Assembly (NCBI GenBank): GCA_028717885.1
Contig: JAQUMX010000006.1
Coordinates: 206 to 64,205 of the forward strand
DNA from: Candidatus Omnitrophota bacterium
GTDB taxonomy: Bacteria; Omnitrophota; Gorgyraeia; Gygaellales; Profunditerraquicolaceae
Length of the DNA stretch: 64,000 bases
Reading direction: 5' to 3'
In this document: one piece after another, positions 59,145-64,000 of the stretch
Position numbering within the stretch: the stretch's first letter is position 1
Layout: each line of letters starts with the position of its first letter
Translations under genes and position numbers: made by a program
Notes under the pieces: generated by a model
Told to the model about the DNA's origin: nothing
The model's input: the letters and a program-made list of their open reading frames with translations, nothing else
The model's database searches: none

Positions 59145-59349
59145 AGGAATCGAAAAAGCTACAGTTTCCTATTGGTATTTCCAAGAGGGCGATAAGGTTA
59201 AGGAAAAGGACGATTTAGTTGAGCTGACCACTGACAAAGCCACTTTCAATTTACCCAGCCCGGTAACAGGTACGCTTTCTCAGATCGTGATGCAGGAAGG
59301 CGACATTGCTCATGTTGGGGAGTTATTGGCAAATATAGAAGAAGGATAG
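59113..59349 (+). CDS. Free-standing lipoyl(biotinyl)-attachment domain protein (78 aa)
   Basis: MLPELGEGIEKATV..W...EGD.V, attachment motif ELTTDKATF, P..G.L..I...EGD; no catalytic E2 or H-protein extension. Confidence 0.8.
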   Translation: MTKVMLPELGEGIEKATVSYWYFQEGDKVKEKDDLVELTTDKATFNLPSPVTGTLSQIVMQEGDIAHVGELLANIEEG

Positions 59350-59353
59350 GCCA

Positions 59354-61333
59354 ATGCCTATTAAAGCTAAGCTTTTTTTATTTTTAATTTTCTTTTCTTT
59401 TTCATCTTTTGCTTTTGCCGACAATCTGATCAAAAATCCGGACATGGAACAAGGGTCCCCTACAGCCTGGACCAGTTCTGTGAACAAAACTGCCAATCGA
59501 GCGCTTTACGCTTCTGACAGCTATCATTCCGCTGCGCGTTCCCTAAAAATCATCAATACGGTTTCCGGTATTTCCAATTGGAAAGGTAATCGCTATACTT
59601 TTAAATCAGGATCTCGGCCCAAAAAAATCTATTATTCCGCCTGGGTAAAAGGAGAGAATATTTCGGTTACAGGCGCGGTTTTTTTAAACCTGGTAGTAAC
59701 CTTTACAGACGGCAGGAGGCAGGTTATTAGTGACTTAAGGTTTCCTTCCGGCACCTATAATTGGACACAGGTGAGTTTAAATAAAACTTTTACCAAGTCG
59801 GTAAAATCCTTCCAGCCCTATTTTTATTTTTCCGGCGGCATCGGTACAGCCTGGTTCGATGACCTATCTATTGGCACGAACGGCTCCAATAATTATGCTT
59901 TGAATCCGAATATGGAGGAAGGCAAGCCCCTTAATTGGGCTGCTTATACTACATCCTCAAATAAAGCGCTTTATGCTGCAGATAATTTTCATTCCGGAGC
60001 GCGTTCTTTGGAGATCATTAATTTATTGCCGCGAGTTTCCTATTGGAAAGGGGATGTTGTTAAGTTTAGTAAGCCATACCCAAAACAATTTAAGGCTTCG
60101 GTTTGGGCAAAAGGCGCAAGCATTTCTGCTAATTCTATAGTGGCAATGTACTTCAGGGTAGTTTTTGATAATAATTCTTCCAAGGCCTTTTACGCTGACC
60201 AAAGATTCCCTTCCGGCACTTTTGATTGGATTGAAAAGCAAGACATTAAAACCTTTACCAGGGGGATAAAATCCATTCAGCCGTGTGTTTATTTTAGCGC
60301 AGGTAGAGGCACAGCCTGGTTCGATGATTTTAGCCTTTCGACACAGATTAATACTAATCCGCAGATTACAAATGTAGTTCCTGAAGATAATTCGGATATC
60401 CTCCTGGGCGCTAATGTCAATATTACTGTTATTGCTACAGATAGCGATAATGATGTATTGGAATACCAATTCTCTATTGCCGGCACAGTTAAGCAGGCGT
60501 GGTCAAGCGCAAATACTTATGCCTGGGTTACTCAAACTTCTGACCTTGGCTTAAACAGCGTTTTATGCGAAGTGCGGGATAACAAAGGAGGCACGGACTC
60601 AAAAACCATTAGCTTACGCGTGCTCAATCCAAGCGTAGAAGAGATCTTGCAGAAAGTAGCCAATAATTATGCTTTAGTCTCTGACTTAACCGCAGATATG
60701 ACCTTAACCTCAACTCTTAACGGCGAGCCTTTTGGACAAACAGATTACTGTAAATATTATTTTAAAGCGCCGAGCAAAGAGAGGACTGATTCTTTCTCTG
60801 ATGCCACACGTTTAACTAAGGTCGAAGCTAATATTATGAATGGCTCTAATATGTATTTGATAGATACAATAAATAAAATAGTACAGCCGGTTGATCTTCT
60901 GAATGAAGCAGGAATCAATAGTGCGCAATTTAGCCAAATGGACTTGTATTATAACCAGAGTAATTTCTTAGATAACCATACGGTTACGAAAAACACAGAA
61001 AAGTCGGATTTAGTCAATTTCGTCGTGACTTTTGACGCCGTTCCTAAAGAGCAGAATAATCTTTACTCGAAATTAGAGTTATATATTGATTATAAGAAAG
61101 GATTATTGAAGAAGTCTTGTTTATATAAGCAGAATACCTCCGGCCAATCAGAATTGCTACAGACTATCGAAACCGTCGAATCTCAGCAGATGCCTAATGG
61201 AGCGTGGGTTGTAAAGAAAATGCAAAAAACTCCAGTTTTAAAATCAGGAAATTTAATCGATACTGCAAGCTACGAGAACCAACAAGTAAATATCGGCTTA
61301 AACGATACAGATTTTGATCCAGAACAACAATAG
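59354..61333 (+). CDS. Secreted multidomain protein: 2 x jelly-roll/CBM-like repeat, Ig-like domain, LolA-like C-terminal domain
   Basis: Signal peptide ...FAFA-DN; two ~155-aa paralogous repeats ending GTAWFDD(L/F)S(I/L); PKD/Ig-like ATDSDNDVLEYQF segment; C-terminal domain pattern resembles lipoprotein-sorting/LolA-like proteins (tentative). Confidence 0.6.
   Translation: MPIKAKLFLFLIFFSFSSFAFADNLIKNPDMEQGSPTAWTSSVNKTANRALYASDSYHSAARSLKIINTVSGISNWKGNRYTFKSGSRPKKIYYSAWVKGENISVTGAVFLNLVVTFTDGRRQVISDLRFPSGTYNWTQVSLNKTFTKSVKSFQPYFYFSGGIGTAWFDDLSIGTNGSNNYALNPNMEEGKPLNWAAYTTSSNKALYAADNFHSGARSLEIINLLPRVSYWKGDVVKFSKPYPKQFKASVWAKGASISANSIVAMYFRVVFDNNSSKAFYADQRFPSGTFDWIEKQDIKTFTRGIKSIQPCVYFSAGRGTAWFDDFSLSTQINTNPQITNVVPEDNSDILLGANVNITVIATDSDNDVLEYQFSIAGTVKQAWSSANTYAWVTQTSDLGLNSVLCEVRDNKGGTDSKTISLRVLNPSVEEILQKVANNYALVSDLTADMTLTSTLNGEPFGQTDYCKYYFKAPSKERTDSFSDATRLTKVEANIMNGSNMYLIDTINKIVQPVDLLNEAGINSAQFSQMDLYYNQSNFLDNHTVTKNTEKSDLVNFVVTFDAVPKEQNNLYSKLELYIDYKKGLLKKSCLYKQNTSGQSELLQTIETVESQQMPNGAWVVKKMQKTPVLKSGNLIDTASYENQQVNIGLNDTDFDPEQQ
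59423..60364 (+). repeat. Intragenic tandem duplication of a ~155-codon domain
   Basis: Residues ~24-176 and ~181-337 align colinearly (NP.ME.G.P..W...., ALYA.D..HS.ARSL.IIN, WKG, RFPSGT(Y/F).W, GTAWFDD). Confidence 0.8.
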
Positions 61334-61348
61334 GGGAAAGGATAAAAT

Positions 61349-61903
61349 ATGAACCGTATTGCATTAAAGGCAAGCTTAATAATAGGTGTAGCTTTTTTTC
61401 TAGGTTTTTATTTGATTTTACCATTAAGGCTTTTTATTCCTTCATATGGAGTTTTAGCATTAGTAGACATAGTTTTTTTTATGGCAAGTGGTCAATTTTA
61501 TATAGGAATAGGTTTATCTTTCTTGGTTGGATTATTTTTCTATTTCTTTTTTAAATATTTAATAATAGGAAATATTGCGAAGAAATATCAATATTGGTTG
61601 TTAGTCTTGATGTCCATTATTGTTTTGATAATTGGATTTTTCGTTTATATTCCGGTCCAAGATTTTATTAGCAAAAGGCAAGTACAAGCAAAAAAAGAAG
61701 GTGTGTGGAAAATTGATACAAATAATGACGGAAAAACCGATAGATGGGCATATTATGATGCTAATGATAAATTAATAAGAGTTGATTATGATACTAATTT
61801 TGACGGAGAGGTTGACATTCGAGAATATTATAAGAATAATAAAATCATTGAGAAAGAAATTGATTCTGATTTTGATGGAACATTCGATAAGATAGAAAAA
61901 TAA
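61349..61903 (+). CDS. Membrane protein with C-terminal triple DxDxDG calcium-binding-like loops
   Basis: ~4 predicted TM segments then DTNNDGKTD, DTNFDGEVD, DSDFDGTFD; [11 protein letters not shown]. Confidence 0.55.
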   Translation: MNRIALKASLIIGVAFFLGFYLILPLRLFIPSYGVLALVDIVFFMASGQFYIGIGLSFLVGLFFYFFFKYLIIGNIAKKYQYWLLVLMSIIVLIIGFFVYIPVQDFISKRQVQAKKEGVWKIDTNNDGKTDRWAYYDANDKLIRVDYDTNFDGEVDIREYYKNNKIIEKEIDSDFDGTFDKIEK

Positions 61904-64000
61904 TGAAAAAACTTATAAAAAAATTCTACCTTATAATTATTAGTTATATAGCTTTGAGTTTATTATTTTTATCATCATGTTTTGCTCAAGTTTCAAAAAA
62001 CTGGAATGATTCAGATGTCTATAGGCCTGCTCCAATTTTATTTTTACATGGTTTTGCTAGCGGGAATCCGCATACTTGGGATCAAGTAACCGCAAGTTTT
62101 CGTGACTATTTTTCGAAATATTACTCAGGTTATGATTCCGATCCTACAGTATTACCGGCTACACATTTTCCATATCTCGAAGTTATAGATTTTGGCCCAG
62201 GACTAGTTAATTGTAATAGTTCAGTAGATACCTATAGAGCCGGAGACCATTATGTTTTAACTGGTCAGAGAAATCCAGGGGATCAGGGGTGGTCCGATAA
62301 ATTGAATTCAGCCATAGAAACTTTAAGACAATATTACCAAAATGCAGACAATTCTTCCCAAAAAGTTATATTAGTCGCTCATTCTATGGGAGGATTGGCT
62401 GCAAGACAATATCTGAAGAATTATGGTTATACAGCCCAAAAAATTGAAAAGGTTATACTGATTGGGACACCTAATTTAGGTTCTCAATGGGCCACCAATG
62501 CCGTTTTTTTGCATAGGAATCGAAGATGGGGGGTTTATATTCCTGCACATGGCTGGCTATCTCCATCTCAAATTGAAAATATGGATAAATACCTAGAACA
62601 AAAAAAATTAATTGATATTGATGGTGATGCAGTTTGGGATATGGATGAAACTGATACAGGTAGCGGATTCATTGATGAGCTTAATGACCATTACCCAAAC
62701 AGCATTGCCCATTTTGTTATAGCTGGAAAACATTTTTCATCTTTTAATGGAGGTGATACGATTGTCTCTTTGGAGAACCAATTAGGTAAAAACGTATTGG
62801 TATTAAAAGATCAGAGAACAATTAATGCTCTTCATTGGGACGAGCCTGCAGCTTCTGTTTCCGGAGACAATCCGCTTCTCAAATTCCTCGATCCTGCTTG
62901 CGAAATTAATATTACCTATCCTAACCCAGATGTTATTACTGAAATTTACGAGCCCTCAACTGACCTTCAGGGGTTAGTCTATAAAGAGTACTTACCCGCT
63001 GACAGTAAGCTCCATATCAAGATTATAAGAACAGATGATAATTCGTCCGTTTTAGATGAATATAGGGTAAATTCAGTTAGACCTACCTTGTCCTGGGTCC
63101 CTAATAATCCTGATTCCCCGGTAGCAGAATTTAATCAGCCGATTACTTTTCCTGGCCCCGGCACTTACAAAATTTCCTGTTCAGTCAAGAATCCTGCTGA
63201 AAATGAATCAGATATAAAAGATGTATTTGTAAAGGTTACTCTTACAACTGACGCCTATGTTATTGTGCATTGCCATAATCCAGAAGGTATAGAAATTAAC
63301 AGTATTGATGGTATGAAGGGAAATGCTTATAATTATAGGGCCAAAATTTTTTGCGATACTATGCCTCTCGGAATTTCTCCGCAATACCCTAGCCAGCACA
63401 ATCAGGCTAAATTAATTACTTCCGGAACGCATACCATTAAGGCAACTTTTAATGGTATGACTAAAGAACAGGTTATTTCAGTTACTCCAAATGAAACTAA
63501 AGTCATAACTTTTGTTTTTGATAGGGCAATTCATGATTTTAAAGACTTTTGGTATCTTTCGCCAACTGGTTCTGCATCAGCAAATGGAGCAGGATCAGGG
63601 ATAGTAGTTGGGGATATGGGGCACCTAATTTTTAGTAAAGCATTCTCTTCACCATTTATAAATATTTCTGGGTCAGTTTATTCGCTTGGTGTAAGTACCG
63701 TAGAGTACGATGTTTCCGGAGAAGGCACAGTAACAGTTAGTACAAATTCATTTAGAATGCAAGGAAGTATGAGCGGGAACATAAACATAAGAGCTGGCCG
63801 TGGTGAAGCTTACGTATATATGGTAACAGAAACAAATAAATACTTTGATATTCCTAATCCTCAGGCAGAAGGTTACGCAACTTGGTTTTATCAACAGGAG
63901 TATAGTGATGGGGTTTATGGGGGAGTTATTGCAAAAGGGGAATGTCATTCAAGCGAAATTGCTTCTGCGAGCGCAAAAGCATATTTAGGCAATCCTTCCT
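61903..64000 (+). CDS. Secreted/lipoprotein alpha/beta-hydrolase (lipase-like), 5' partial, runs off the window
   Basis: Not in the ORF track (no stop in window). I translated frame 1 from ATG 61903 (TAATG overlap) to 63999 with no stop. Signal with LSSC lipobox-like site, HGFASG, nucleophile elbow AHSMGG, IGTPNLGS; ~400 further residues of beta-rich sequence. Confidence 0.75.
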   Translation, partial: MKKLIKKFYLIIISYIALSLLFLSSCFAQVSKNWNDSDVYRPAPILFLHGFASGNPHTWDQVTASFRDYFSKYYSGYDSDPTVLPATHFPYLEVIDFGPGLVNCNSSVDTYRAGDHYVLTGQRNPGDQGWSDKLNSAIETLRQYYQNADNSSQKVILVAHSMGGLAARQYLKNYGYTAQKIEKVILIGTPNLGSQWATNAVFLHRNRRWGVYIPAHGWLSPSQIENMDKYLEQKKLIDIDGDAVWDMDETDTGSGFIDELNDHYPNSIAHFVIAGKHFSSFNGGDTIVSLENQLGKNVLVLKDQRTINALHWDEPAASVSGDNPLLKFLDPACEINITYPNPDVITEIYEPSTDLQGLVYKEYLPADSKLHIKIIRTDDNSSVLDEYRVNSVRPTLSWVPNNPDSPVAEFNQPITFPGPGTYKISCSVKNPAENESDIKDVFVKVTLTTDAYVIVHCHNPEGIEINSIDGMKGNAYNYRAKIFCDTMPLGISPQYPSQHNQAKLITSGTHTIKATFNGMTKEQVISVTPNETKVITFVFDRAIHDFKDFWYLSPTGSASANGAGSGIVVGDMGHLIFSKAFSSPFINISGSVYSLGVSTVEYDVSGEGTVTVSTNSFRMQGSMSGNINIRAGRGEAYVYMVTETNKYFDIPNPQAEGYATWFYQQEYSDGVYGGVIAKGECHSSEIASASAKAYLGNPS

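Overview
All credible genes in this window are on the + strand, about 85 tightly packed and mostly core bacterial genes. In order: recA-htrA-recX-alaS; a his cluster (hisD-B-H-A, an inserted peptidoglycan-binding lipoprotein, hisF-I) overlapping trpE; rpsP, yajC, fused secDF; a CaCA-like exchanger; an unusually short mfd; surA-like-pdxA-rsmA. Then comes a long expression-machinery array: tRNA-Thr, rpmG, tRNA-Trp, secE, nusG, rplKAJL, rpoBC, rpsLG, fusA, tuf, the S10/spc/alpha blocks through rplQ (no rpmD). A metabolic block follows: aminotransferase, a two-subunit aconitase-family dehydratase split by pilT, an ICDH-like dehydrogenase, mdh, lpd-like, lipB and a free lipoyl domain. The window ends in a more AT-rich cluster of secreted or membrane proteins, with a lipase-like ORF running off the edge. 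I found no rRNA, CRISPR array, transposase or recognisable defence genes. The most unusual signal is non-coding. Three families of short, conserved, hairpin-forming intercistronic cassettes occupy almost every gap longer than about 50 nt in the array. Family 1 (3 copies) shows compensatory stem changes, a GNRA-capped hairpin and an embedded SD plus mini-ORF. Family 2 (3 copies) supplies the upstream stop codon and buries the downstream start codon in a covarying stem. Family 3 (2 copies) is a GC hairpin plus an SD leader in front of rpsP and rpsK. I recognise none of them as a known leader or ribozyme. Only two canonical intrinsic terminators are visible. The secondary oddities are each reported separately in the findings. 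Functions are inferred from motifs read in the supplied translations; no database search was possible.
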